Shown piece after piece: positions 13,420 to 27,505 of a stretch of DNA of 64,000 bases. Position 1 is the first letter of the stretch; each line of letters begins with the position of its first letter. Source of the DNA: the human T2T-CHM13v2.0 reference genome, Homo sapiens; the NCBI RefSeq assembly GCF_009914755.1, contig NC_060931.1. The stretch is one strand, 5' to 3'. A program made the translations under genes and the position numbers. The notes under the pieces were generated by a model that made no database searches, had not been told where the DNA came from, and was given only the letters and a program-made list of their open reading frames with translations.

Positions 13420-13715
13420 AGTGTATTACCTTTTGGGGTCATGAATGAGGTGATTATACTTCTCAGTTTGCCCAGGAGAGCCTCAGTTTAAGCCTGTTGC
13501 TGGGTATAATAATTGAGAATGTCTTCTTTCATTCTCAAAAGTACCATGATTTGGACAATAAGTTACATGATCTGGATGATGAAATCTATTGAATTTATCT
13601 GCAGGTAAGATACACATATATAGGCATATGCAAAATTTTACAGTTACTTCAGAGGGTTCACTTATATACTGAACCCAATCCTAGGATCTCTTTGAGGGAT
13701 TTATAAACCCTCAAA
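13420..13715. mobile_element. hAT MITEs: MER117-like element with a MER94-like insert (~13448-13573)
   Basis: ttttggggtcatga…gatgaaatctattg…aaaattttacagttacttcagagggttca around tcagtttgcccagga…ctttcattctcaaaagt…gatttggacaataagttacatgatc; family names recalled. Confidence 0.5.
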
Positions 13716-16700
13716 CGTTTGCTCTTGTGTTCAAGTTTCTATGCTTAGCCATTCTCAAGGAGCCCACAGCTTGAGATTTGGCATGTAACTCTCCACACTT
13801 GTTTTACAGCATAATCTAATCTTTCTTCCTGGTGAGCAGAAATTTTATACCCTGTACTAAGCTGGAAGGAATCCTAGTCTCACAGCCATTCAAATCCGTT
13901 GTTTGCTCTGAATAAAGTCCCACAGCCTAAAATTCTTTTAGATCATGGTGGAGGTGTGCTTTGTAGAGGAGGAGGAATAAAAAGTAATTTAAAATGTAAT
14001 AACACCTAGAGTTATTAAGTGATTTCCCCACGAACTCTTATCTTTTAGAAGATGGGTATTTATAAAGCAGACATTAAGATCTTTCTTTTAGAATTTGCAG
14101 TGAGTAATCTCAGTCAATAAGAATTTTCCATCGAAATGATATGCTGCTAATGAGGTTGAATAGGCTACAAACAGTGCATTAAAAAACAAATTGGGTTCAG
14201 TAACTACTTTCACCATATATGAAAGGCAGATTTTGTACAGATTAAGACGACGTGTCCTTAGCAGTTCGAGTCTGACCCTAGAGTCAATATTGTTAGATGA
14301 CAAATACACTCCTTCGGGTGGAGCACTGAATAAACAGAGATGCTGTCAGAAGATGTCATTCTTCCTTAAGCATGGAAGTGACTTAAAAAAAAGGCCTAAT
14401 TCCACCTTGTAAGACAGCTTTACCTTGACTAAGTTCCATGAAATTTCTTCTGATTCTTTTTTTTTAAACCTTATTCCTTTGAAAACTATTACATAGTTAT
14501 TATCAAATGTAAACAGTTATCTTGTGGTCATGACTAGATCTAGAGTTTTCTATCTCATTATCTAGTCATCTGTATACTGAAAAGGCAGGTGTTTCATAAG
14601 GAACATTAGTAAATAAAAAACCAACATATTATGGAAATAATAAGTGTATTACATATCAATATTAACTTGGTAAATATAGCACGTGGTATACTACAACATG
14701 TAATATAATACTTCAGTTTATGAAGTTTTTTCTAACAGGCAAAACCCCCCAAATTATAATATTTTAAATTCACAACAGAATACACACTTTATTATTAAAT
14801 AGGCTCAAAAGAAAATACTATTATGATTATATTTTTCTCATCTTTCAAATAGTAATAAGTAACTTTCCAAGACCTCACCTTTTGTGTGCATGTAATTGAA
14901 TATATTTCTAGGAAGGCCAAACTACTTTTTCTGTGATCTATGATTCCAAACTTGCCTCTAGTGAATGGGCTTGTGCTTGTCTTTTATACCAGTTGGTTTT
15001 ATTGTATTGTTTCTCCAAATGGAGGAATTGGTTTCAAAGGTCAGAGTTTGGGTAACCTTGGGTTTTCAAAAAAAACCTGCCATATTGTTACTTAAAGAAG
15101 CAGAATCACTTATTGCTTTCACAGATTATTTTGGGATGCTTTACCCTGCTTTTTATGTTTTATCCTTAATGTTAAGTACCAATGAGAGAATAACACGTAC
15201 TATGTTCTCAATATTCTTCTGTTTGCAAGTGTTTTCCATATGACTCATTCTGTAATAACTTTTTTCTCATAGTCCTCAGCAATAGGTCAGCCTAGAAAGC
15301 AAACAGAGAAGAAACTTGTCACATTTACTTTCTTCCTGATTTCTTTAAGTCCTCGTCATCATTTCAAGACTAAGCTTTGCTATATTCACTGCATTCCATT
15401 TTTTTTTCTAAACTGTGATTTTAGGGAAAGATCACACTTGTTCATTATTTATGGGCTTTTAGACTCTGTATAATGGGGGAAAATGGGTTTCAATTCAGTG
15501 AATACTTATGATGTAACTTTATAAGTGTCTCTTAGTTACAGTTAAACTAGTTTTCTATTATTCCCAGTTTATGTTGGCTTGCCGAATGAAAGGATCACTT
15601 AGTCCAAGCAATTCAACCAACTAATTAGTATAAATGGTAAATTATTTGATGAATTTGGTGAATTTTCTGAGGCTGCCAATGTGGTTTGAGGGATATCTGA
15701 ATGTATCCAAGGCATGAAGTGTAGATATTTTATAAGGAGATTTCCATATGACATGATTAAGATCACTTTGTTTAAAAAACCAGAATTAGCACTAAGACAA
15801 TTTTTGTTTTTTAAGCACCAAACTATAGATAGGAAAGTAACTTAAAAAAATTTCAAACGAATATATGGACATTTTGTTTGTGACTTAAAGACTGATCTCA
15901 TTAGATTCATTTTTACTGGCCTGGCTCAGGCTGATTTTATACTGCTCTTAAATGAAAATATTTTTTCTCAGGGTGCTTTCAAATTACTTTTATGTGACAT
16001 GTCCAAAGTGTATCATTTTCAGCTCAGATTAGTTTAGAAAACTGAGATTAAGGACTTCCTGAACACAGAGGAAGGAAATAAAGCAGAAAAGCTGTGAAAA
16101 TTGTGTTAAAAATTTCTGAAAGCACACCTTCGTATATGTTTTAAATTGTTATTAATATCTATAGCTATGATTTCTGAAGTTTTATTACGGTACTTGTTTA
16201 TTAACCATGATACTCTCAAAATGTAATCGGTCATTTATATTCTGCATTTTTCAAATTATTTGTAGTGAATTGGTTGCCATAGTTACTGCACTTTCAGCAC
16301 TATTTGTCAACTTTTTATCATAAGGTCTTTCTGCATAATTTTGCCTATTAGGGTCATTTACATAATTTAGTATTACTAGACTGTGGAAAAGTTGATTAAA
16401 GGACCTAAAATGATTGCTTTGAAATTATTAAGATATGAATTTGGAAGATATTTTTCTATAAGATGACTCATGAGTAAAAATGAAATTTATATTTTTATGG
16501 GTTATGAGTGTTACTTTTATAACTATTTTGAAAAGTATACACGACTGAATTTTGGCAAAACTGCCTTCCTTTATTGACTAACTACATGTTCTGAGCCAGA
16601 GTAAACCAGAGACCATGTATAAAGTAATATAATATTTATTCTGGCATATGTGATCCAAGAGAAATTAAATAAAAACTAGTCTCCAAAGCACATTATACCA

Positions 16701-17344
16701 GAAACAATAGTACATCCTGTGGCATCTTGTCACCTGAAAACACCGCAGGTTTCAGTGGAACTAAAGATTGAGACTAGCACACAATTTCTTTTTAATGACA
16801 GCTTTTACATGGCAGTTTTGCACATATTTATTCTGAGGTTCGGATTTTGTGGCCATTTTCACTTTGGTAAGCACTCTGGAGGAACATTTCAGGTTAGGCA
16901 ATAACCCAACACAAACGTATTAAGCTCAGAAGAAGGAAGTGACCAATGCAAAAATAGTGCCCAGGGGGCCAGTTTATGCTAATAGCTAATTGCCAGAATT
17001 CTAGGGTGCTGGGTACACACAAAGAGTTTTATATTTTATTTCCAACCACAGGTCAGCATCAAAGATATGACCACAGAAATGCATTGTGTAGTCTGTCTTA
17101 CCTAAAGTCGGAGAAAGAAGTAGTTCTAGAGTCATATCTGGACTCAGTGCTTATTTCAAAAGGAGAATAAATAAGATAGTGCTTCCTCCACCTCACAAGA
17201 CCTGGAAGACCCCTTGGTCCTCTATACACCCTTGGCATCTGTCCCAGCAGCTAGACTGGCTATCCTCAAAGCTTCTTTTTCAAGGATGCCTGTGTATTCG
17301 GTAGGCAAAGTGCTATGTTATGACCGAAAAAAAAAAAAAAATCG

Positions 17345-17645
<301 letters not shown>

Positions 17646-20600
17646 CTAGAGAGAAGTATTGTGCCATCTCATTGCTAGAATTGGGGCAGAGTGTTGTCCC
17701 ATCTTTGACATCTGGGGAAGGTTTCCGCTTTATAAAATGCAAATGGAATCACTTCAAGTCCTCTCAGACAGTATCTGGATGATATTCCACTTTCGCCACT
17801 CCAAGGTGTTGACGTGGTACACTCTCTACATGTTTTGGTGGTTTTATTTTTCATTTATAGACATTTTGTTGGGTTATTTCTCAGTCTACCTGTTTATTTT
17901 TATAGCCTTCTACCTTTATTGTTTCTTTTAAACATTTCTTTAATAAGTATAAACATTTAAATTGGAAGTACTAAACAAACCTATTTGTTTTGCTTGTTGA
18001 CTCTCCCTTGAGGGGATGCTTTTCTTGGAATGGTCCATTTTTTTTTTTTATTTGTGAACTCCTCTTCCTTGCGGATTATTTTTCTGTTGGAATCTGGTGT
18101 GCTGGGTTGTAGACAGGTTTCTATGGAGCCTTTTTGAGTTTGCATCTGGCAGGTGCCTGAATAGTATCTCTGGTCCACAGTCATTTTTATGTTAATTACT
18201 TTCCTTAAAAGATTTCAGCACAATGAGGATGGCATAAACTTAATTTCCAAACCCACACATAGGACAGACTTAGAATTTTGCTTTATCGCAAGAGCATGTT
18301 TTATTTTGGTTTTCTCTACCAGGTCTCTGAAAAAGACAAGTTTCTCTTTTGGGTTTCTTGGTCATTAGGTGGTATTTTCTAGCCCTCTTTCCCCAGGGTC
18401 CCTAGTTTCAGCAGAGCTCACAGCTTTAGCTCCCTTCCTTGAACCCAAATCACTTCTTCTGAACCCACTTGACATTTCCGAATGTTCCCTGGAACTGTCA
18501 GTTGGAGGGGAGTAGGGATAAAAGAAACCCTGTCTCCTGGAATATCCAGGTCTGAATTGATTTGTGTTAATGTGAACTCTCATGATTATTTTTTTTTAAT
18601 GAGTATCTGCTCCCTGGACAAGAAGATCCAGGGGGACAGCTTAAAGAGTGTTGTCTGAGGAGCGATTATTGCTATGGTAACACGGGAGTGGCTTTATTTA
18701 AAGTTTTGGTGGAGCCAGCACCAGGCTTTACTCATATTGATTGGTGAGAGGGAGATTGAAGAAGGGAAGTAGGTGAGGTGGGCAGCCAGGGGCAAGCCCA
18801 GGCCAAGTCAGGTGGTGACTATAAAGGTGGTGAGCAGCAGATGGGTGCCCAGAGAGAGGCCTGGTTTAGGGTGGGTGAAATGGCAATAGCACCTCATTCT
18901 TCTTGTAGAAGTGGAAGAAGTCCTCTATTTCCTGCTCTTATGTATTTGTCCTTGGAATGAGAAATGATAACATTCAGGATATGTGTGCTGTAGTGTAAAC
19001 ATCTAAGAAAGTAATCTCATGGGATAGGGGGTAAGTCGGCAGATTTCCCAGGATGTGCCATCTTTATTCTAAGAAAACTCAGTGTTTAATACCAAGCATG
19101 TTTTTAATATATCTAATATACTATCCAGGGGTGTGTGTGTCTGTATCTGCATATTTGTGTGCATGTGTATGTGTGTGTGTGTATATATGTGTCATATATG
19201 TATACGTACTTATATGTATGTGTCTGTGTGCATATAACCAGGTAGTATTTTTGGTGGTGATGACTGATTAGTAACAGTGAAGGAAACTTCATTCAACCAA
19301 AAGGTAATTGTGACATGCCCACTACTTCCAGGCCCTTTTTTAGGCACAGAAGATTCAGCAACAAATAAAACAGCAACATTCTTGGGCTCCTGGAATTTAC
19401 ATTCTTGCACAGAGAGGCAGACAATAAACAAAATAAGTTAGTGAAACGCATAGTGTGTTACATAGAAGTAACAAGGATGGAGAAAAATAAAGCAAATAAG
19501 GAGGACACGGAGCGTTGGTACAGGTGTCTGCAATTTTAAATGGAGTGCTAAGGGAAGGGAGACAGCCAGGCAGAGGAAAAAGCAAGAAGCCTGCCCTGCG
19601 GGTGGAGGAGGCCATTTGGCTGGAATCACATGAGCTGGGGCAGGCGGAGTAGAAGATGCAGCCAGAGAGATGCTGATTTCATTGCGCGGCAGACAGCCTG
19701 AAGTGCAATCTCTGTGGAACTGAGAACACTGGGCAGAAACTCTAGTGTCTGTGTAAACTGATTCTTTGGATTAAAGGGTGATGCGGGATTACGGGTGGGT
19801 GTCAGAGAGGGCACATTTTGTTCCCAGGGTCAGCCTCAGGAAAGGCAGAGTCCATGAAGCGTTTCTCTGAGGCCCGTTTTACCTACTTCAGCAGGATCAG
19901 CTTGTCCTGACTCCCAGCACCATTCCCTCAGCATCCTGTGCTCAGCTGTGATGCTTCCAAAGTCACCTGATAAACTTGTCCCTGTACAGCCAGGACCTGG
20001 CTGACATTGATTTAAGGTCGTCACTCACTTTGCCTCTTTAAGATGCTTGAAGATGAACACCCTTTAAGACTCAAAGATAGTTTAACTTGATTCCTTGCAC
20101 ACAGAAAGTTACTTTTGTACTTAACTGTGTGTGTGGCATTGTACTAGGTACCTCAGGGAGATACAAAGAGGGTGAGACATGATACCTGCTCCCAGGGAAC
20201 TTGATGCGTAAGACAGGGATGGGGAGGAAAGAGACTTTCACAACCAACCATAAACTTCTGCTAATGATAGCACTTCAGAAACGGTTAACAACCAGTGTAG
20301 AAGATATTTTTCGGGAGGGAGAACTTGCAATTTTTAAAACATAAGGATGCCAGCAACTGCAAAAGCTGGTCTTGTGTTTTGCTGTGATCCTCAGCACCCT
20401 GTTTTAGCCTGGACAGCCTGCAGCACTGTTGGGTGGTGCGAGGCAGCAGGAAGAGCCTGGGCTGGTAGGGCTGTGCCTGGGGTTTGATCCTGCCTGCTGT
20501 CTGAGGGAACTTAGGAAGTTTCTTGATCTCTCTGCAGCTCAGTTTTCTCATGGGCAAATGAGGAAGAAAATAGTAGCTACTGCACAGGGTGTTTTAGAAG

Positions 20601-21457
20601 AACAAGCAAGTTAACATCTGTCATGTACTAAGAATAGTGCTTGGAACACCATAAGGCCTCTGCAAATGTTATATAGTATCCCAAGCAGCAAACCCACTTC
20701 TTCTTCCTCTTTTCTGGCCACCAATTCTTGCTAGTTGCTTTATCTTTATTAATAATTGATGCTTGCATAAACAAATAACACAACTTTTTCTTCCATTAGG
20801 AGCAATCTGGAGACTTTCAAGAGAGAAATACATGGAGAGATCCTATAAACCCTGGGGGAACAAAGTTCTTAAATTTTATAATTGTTCAGTGTTACAGGAG
20901 TTTCTGGATAGGTGAGCTTTTAAAATTAAATTTTAATGAATGTTACTTAGCAGTCTTTCAATATATTTTTCTTTATAGCAAGTGTTTTAGTAAATAGAAA
21001 AATAATTAAAACCATGAATATGTGTATATATAAATTACAAGTAACTTCTGTGCTTTCCAGTTATTTGTAAATTAAAACTTAGAAATTTTTTCTCACCTGC
21101 ATCTGTACAGAATTTTTAAAGGGTCTTTCGAAGGTCTTAGAATCTGTAATTCATGACATACAAGGAAGCTAAAAATGTTTGATTTGTTCAGAAGCTATTG
21201 TAGGTGTGTCTACTCACACTTCACATCTGTAATCTGAGAATTTACTAAGCTACTTGCTTATGAATAAGCTGACTCACAGCACACCCAATTCATGCTTGAG
21301 TTTGTAAAAAAAATAAGTCTTTTGTAGTGGCATAGCTGCTACCAAATAGAACTTGACTCAGAGTTTTTCTAAAGGAACATATGATTGAGGGAGGACAAAA
21401 TATGAAAAGTAGTTGGCAAAAAATTGGGGAAATATATGATCTATGAGAAGTAAGACA

Positions 21458-21466
21458 CAGAGAGAG

Positions 21467-21502
<36 letters not shown>
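21458..21502. repeat. (GA)n(GT)n compound microsatellite
   Basis: agagagagagag followed by ~16 TG units. Confidence 0.92.
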
Positions 21503-21505
<3 letters not shown>

Positions 21506-21995
21506 CAAAGCATAGTATATGAACATCAAGGGTTTCTAAGGTACTTTTACAGATTCTCTGAAGGATCCTGTGGAGGAAGAGAAAAACTAGGCGGTCCCAA
21601 ATCTCATTTAGAACAACTCTCACTTTTTGTTTTACACAGTGGACTTCTGAGTGAAAACTTCTTTTGAACAAATTTTTATAGAAGCAAAACATTTGAAAGC
21701 CCCTGTTACAGACCAAACTCTTCATTGCTAGCTTTGCCCATCCCGAAAGGGCCAGTACCTTGCATGATGCCTCGCACAAGAGGAATTCAACAAACATGCA
21801 TTCAGTGAATAAAGAGAGATAGAAAAATGCATCCCATCCATTTGGTTGCTGCATAGAGTATGTTTAGGGGAGAAGTAGGAACCAAGATTTCAAACAAGGC
21901 AGCTGCAGCTGAAGCATGGAAAGACGTGGATTGCCGCACTAGGGGTTTTACACTTGATTTGGTCAGTAGTGGGAAGTACTTCTTAAGTAAGCAGG

Positions 21996-22693
<698 letters not shown>

Positions 22694-22734
22694 ATACCTT
22701 TTTTAATTTTTAAAGTTTTAAAATTTTTAGATAA

Positions 22735-23090
22735 AAATGTGTTGAGATGTAATTCACATACAATTTACCCATTCCAAGTGAATAATAAGGTGTTTTTATT
22801 ATACTCACATGTACATGCAAGCAACATCACAGTCTATTTTAGAATATTTTTATCACCTCCAAAAGAAACCTTGTTTCTTTTAGCTGTTCTTTCCTATTTC
22901 CCTACCCTCCTCCTCCAGACTTAAGCAACCAGTAGCCTACTTTGTCTCTAGATTTTCCTGTACTGGACACTTCATATAAATAGTCACATGTAGACTTAGC
23001 ACAATATCTTTAAGGTTCTTTTACTTAGCAGAGCGTCATCGTGTTGTAGCATAACTCAGTACTTCACTCCTTTTTGTGACTATCATAATT
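22735..23090 (-). mobile_element. L1M (MB-like) 3' fragment
   Basis: ttgagatgtaattcacatacaatttaccca…ttttagaatatttttatcacctccaaaagaaacc…gcaaccagtagcctactttgtctcta. Confidence 0.75.
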
Positions 23091-23119
23091 AAAACATTTA
23101 GATGCTGATTTGTAAAAAA

Positions 23120-24010
23120 TGTCGACTTTTATAAACGGGGGCACGTGTTCAGGTTTGTTATATGGGAATATTGTGTGATGCTGAGGTTGGGGATATGGAT
23201 CCTGGCACTCAGGTAGTATGCACAGTACCAATAGGTAGGTTTTCAACCCATGCCCTCTTCCCTCCCTCCCCACTCTTGTAGTTCACAGTGTTTGTTATTC
23301 CCATCTTTATGTCTGTGCGTGCTCAATGTTTAAAGGATATTTAAGTGAGAATGTGTGGCATTTAGTTTTCTGTTCCTGAGTTAATTAGCTTAGGATGATG
23401 GCCTCCAACTGCATCCATATTGCTGCAAAGGACATGATTTTATTCTTTTTTATGGCTGTGTAGTATTCCATGGTGTATATGAACTACATTTTCTTTATCC
23501 ATTCTACCATTGATGGGCACTTGGGTCAATTCCATGGCTTTGCTATTATGAACAGTGCAGCAATGAACATACAAGTGAATGTTCCTTTTAGGTAGAAGGA
23601 TTTATTTTCCTTTGGATATATACTCAGTAATGAGATTGTTGTGTGGAATGGTAGCTCTGTTTTAAGTTTTTTGAGAAATCTCCAGACTGCTTTCCACAGT
23701 GGTTGGACTAATTTACATTTCCACTAGCAGTATGTAAGTGTTTCCATTTCTTTGCAGCATCACCAGCATATGTTGTTTTTTGACTTTTTAGTAAGAGCCA
23801 TTCTGATTGGTGTGAGATGTATCTCATTGTGGTTTTGATTTGCGTTTCTCTGATGATTAGTGATGCTGAGCATTTTTTCATGTTTGTTGGCCAGTTATGT
23901 GTCTACTTTTGAGAAGTGTCTGTTCACTTCCTTTGCCTATTTTTTAATGAGATTATTATTTTTTTGCTTGCCAATTTGCTTAAGTCCCCTATAGATTCTG
24001 GATATTAGAA
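23120..24010 (-). mobile_element. L1PA16-like 3' fragment
   Basis: gggggcacgtgttcaggtttgttatatggg…ccattctgattggtgtgagatg…tagattctggatattag. Confidence 0.88.
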
Positions 24011-24117
24011 ACTGGATCAAAGGCACCAAGTGCTTTCCTGCCTCAACTCTTTGTAGATCTCATTGCTCTGTTCTAAAGGGTCATTCTACTTTCTTCTTAG
24101 AACAACTGGCAATTTTG

Positions 24118-24345
24118 GCTTTGTTTTGTTTTGGTACGGGGTCTTGTTCTGTCACCCAGTCTCAAGTGCAGTGGCATGGAGTGCAGTGGTGTGACCTTGG
24201 CTCACTGCAACCTCCACACCCTGGGCTCAAGTGATCCTCCTACCTCAGCCTCCTGAGTAGCTGGGACTATAGGCACGTGCCACCAAGCCTGGCTATATTT
24301 TTGTATTTTTAGTAGAGATGGGGTCTCGCCGTGTTGCCTAGGCTA
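24118..24345 (-). mobile_element. Alu (AluJ-type), truncated
   Basis: gggtcttgttctgtcaccc…gggctcaagtgatcctcctacctcagcc…gttgcctaggct; small internal duplication of gtgcagtgg. Confidence 0.88.
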
Positions 24346-27340
24346 CCACTGGCTATTTTTGCCACCATTTCAGAAAAGCTTCCGTAGCCATTGTATCCAA
24401 GAAAGTAGGCTTCCCTTGCCATCATCTATCATTTTCCCCATTTCTTTCCTTCATAGATACTTCACAGATACTTCAATATCGGCAAGTATTTTTTAAATGT
24501 GTTCACCTGTGTCTTCATTGTTTCCTCCACTATGTTGTACGCTCTATGTCACTGTTGCACTTCCAGCGCTAAGCATAGTATGTGTTCCAAAAGTATTTGC
24601 TAACGGAATATGTGTGCCCTTTTATATGATGTGAAAGTAGGTGACTGGGAGCAAAAGCCAGTTTTTAGGGCTTTAAGATGTGATTGGGTGGAGAGTAATT
24701 TGTGGAAAACTAATACCAATAACTCAAGAAATGGGTGGCAAGAGAGGGTGATACTTTGAGGGAGTAGCAGGGTGGATAAAGGTTTATTTTAGAGTAGAGG
24801 CCATCTGAGCTTGTTAGAGATAACAAGGAAAGGATTTCCAAGGACTGCAAGAATTGAAGAGACACAACGATCCATGGTTAAGCAGTGGAAAAACTTAGGA
24901 GGAAAGGTTTTCCTTGACAATCTGAAAGTAGAGTATCTTTTCTTTAGCAGCAGGTAAAAATTTGGAGGACAGCAGGAGGGAAGCTGATGGGGTTCAGTAT
25001 GGTTGTTTTTCATCACCCATGTAGTTGGGAGGTGGTTTTGTCTACTTAAGTAAAGTTGGGTATTGCAGAAGGAAAAGACTTGAAACAGTAGCTGAGATCA
25101 GAGAGCCTGACTTCAGACAGCCAGGGTTTATGACCTTTCTTCAGAAAAATCAATTGCTTTTCAATTAGAGAAATTATACAGTAGAGATTGTGGAGTTACC
25201 ATTCACTTAGGGACTTTTCCTTTTGTTTTCTTTTTTTTTTTGCAGTTTCATATTAGTGTGAGATAAGTTCACAGCATATTTTATGGGTCATTTAGCAGAT
25301 ATTTGGGATAAGGGGAAAATGACATTAGAGAAAGGAGAGTTCCTGTTATATTAAACAATACAGTAATTTTTTTTTTTAATGCGTGGCATGGGGTGATATT
25401 CTATTTGAGCCTTTTTTTCCTGCTAGAATTAAATTTTCTTTGCATGGTTAGTTATACTTAGGGAATAAAATTTTTTTTTTTAAAGCTAAAAGTGTTATTC
25501 AACTAGATGACTTCTCACTTGACTAAAAGAGTGAGAATAACATTGGTCGCTAAGTTTGATAAATTGTGTATGCGTTAGGGCCTCAGCCTCTCCATTTTAA
25601 AAAAGTGTATGATAGTAATGAACTACGGTTGGGTTGCTAGGAGGAAAATAAACAATGATATTGTAAAGGGCTGGCTAAATATTAAATGCTATACAAATAC
25701 CTTTGGTGCTGCTATCCAGGAAGGACTCATGACCTTTTAGATAAAGTTTATTAAATTTCCGAGGGAAGAACATGAATGAACAACAAAGCAGGCATTGCTA
25801 TTGGAAATCAGTCCCCTGGTATATTACTGATAAGCAAGACTGGTTTTCAGTTATACTTTCCTGTTGAGGAAATGCAAACACTTTAGTACATGATCTTACA
25901 AATAGTCTTAGTCTCATGAAGCAGGGGGCCATTTTTACAAAGAAAAGAAGCTTGATCAAAGAATATGTTACTTGATAAGGATCAGCAAGATGGCAGATGA
26001 CAGGGGAAATTTACATTAACATCTGGTTCTGTAGGTAATAAGTCACATGTTCCATGATTCCAGCAGGCTTGCACCAAGAACAATTCCTGGTGCCTAGTAG
26101 GTGTTCAATAAATGTTTGTTGCTTCAGTGAATATTATTTTTAAAATTTCCCATTGTCTAATCGCCAGTCTGTTAATCAGTGTGAAATACATTCTGCTTTC
26201 CTCTGCAACAATAGATTTGTTCATGATTCTGGGTTTCATATGGGTTTTAGAATGAGGATTGTAATTTTGAGGTTATATCCCATCCCCCAAATAAAATAAG
26301 AAGTGATCTAAGTGGACAGTCAGTCTCTTTCCTGAGTGTTACGTGTTACTGTTTGCAGCATACTTTTATATTCATTTTCTCTGCCAACCCTATTAGGGTA
26401 GAAAAAATGAAGTCTCTACCCTAGTAGGGTAGTCTCTATTTAACTAGTCTCTACTTAACTTTGCTTAACCAAGCATGAAGGGTAGGTATTAGTTCCATTT
26501 TTCTGAAGAGTAAACTGAAATTTCAAGAGATTATTTTCCTGCCTAACGTGTTACAATTAGTACTTTGCAGAAACAGGGCTAGAAATGAGATCTCCTAGTT
26601 CATAGCCCCATGTTTTTTTCTTTCCTAAAACAAGAAACAAAACAAAACAAATGAATACGTAAATAAAACTTGAGGATCAGTCCTTTAATAAAACTATAAA
26701 TTACAGTAGCAAGAACCTGTGTTAAATAAGAATAAAATGCCTAGAAGTCTAGTATTATTATTTTTATGGAATATTATATTAGCTAGAGTAATAGAAATAG
26801 CAAACACTATTGCCAGATACTCTCATAAGTGCTTAATTTAGTGCTCATAACAATTCTTTGATGTAAGCACAGCGAATATTGCTATCAAATCTATTTTATC
26901 ATTGAGTTTGAGTAGCAAAATTGGAAAATGACAATATCATACTATCCAAATCAATTTAGTTCCTCATTTTAAGATAGCAAGTAGTAGGAGTTTAAATAGC
27001 AAGATATTTATTCCAATCCATTTTGTTCCTAAATTTAGACAGTGAGGATACTTATATTATTATATTTGCTTTATATAAGAGGAAACTGAGGCCAATGGAA
27101 GTGAAGTAACTTGCCAAAGGCCACACACAGAGCTTTGATCCAGGCAGTCCAGCTCCAGAATAAGTTCTTATTTACTAGACTATTCTGTCCTTTATCAGTT
27201 CCCTCAATAATGTACCAGAAAGCTCAGGGCCTTAAGTTTTGAGGAGAAAGAAAAAAATAGTAAAAACAGGGGATTATTACAATATAGTCAGGAAATGAGA
27301 AGGGAGGACAGCTCTAATGATGTGGGTAGGTGAATTTGGA

Positions 27341-27505
27341 CCAGATGACATTGACTTACGTATGGTTTTATTTCAAAACCTGGGAATCAACAGACGCATT
27401 TTCTCTAAGATATCTACTGCTCACCAAATTACATTCACTTACTATGGTTTTACTTTAAAACCTGGGAATCAACAGATGCATTTCCTCTAAAATATCAGCT
27501 GCTCA
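27341..27505. repeat. Local tandem duplication, 2 x 82-83 bp (~87% identical)
   Basis: copies 27341-27423 and 27424-27505 share tatggtttta…aaaacctgggaatcaacaga…ctgctca. Confidence 0.9.

Noticed and set aside
26380-26460. Short palindrome ctacccta-g-tagggtag and 15-bp tandem repeat
   Set aside because: Small slippage-type rearrangements within a decayed MIR-like region; no evidence of function
27341-27505. Direct repeats as a CRISPR-like array
   Set aside because: Only two adjacent copies with no spacer, in human DNA; a simple tandem duplication
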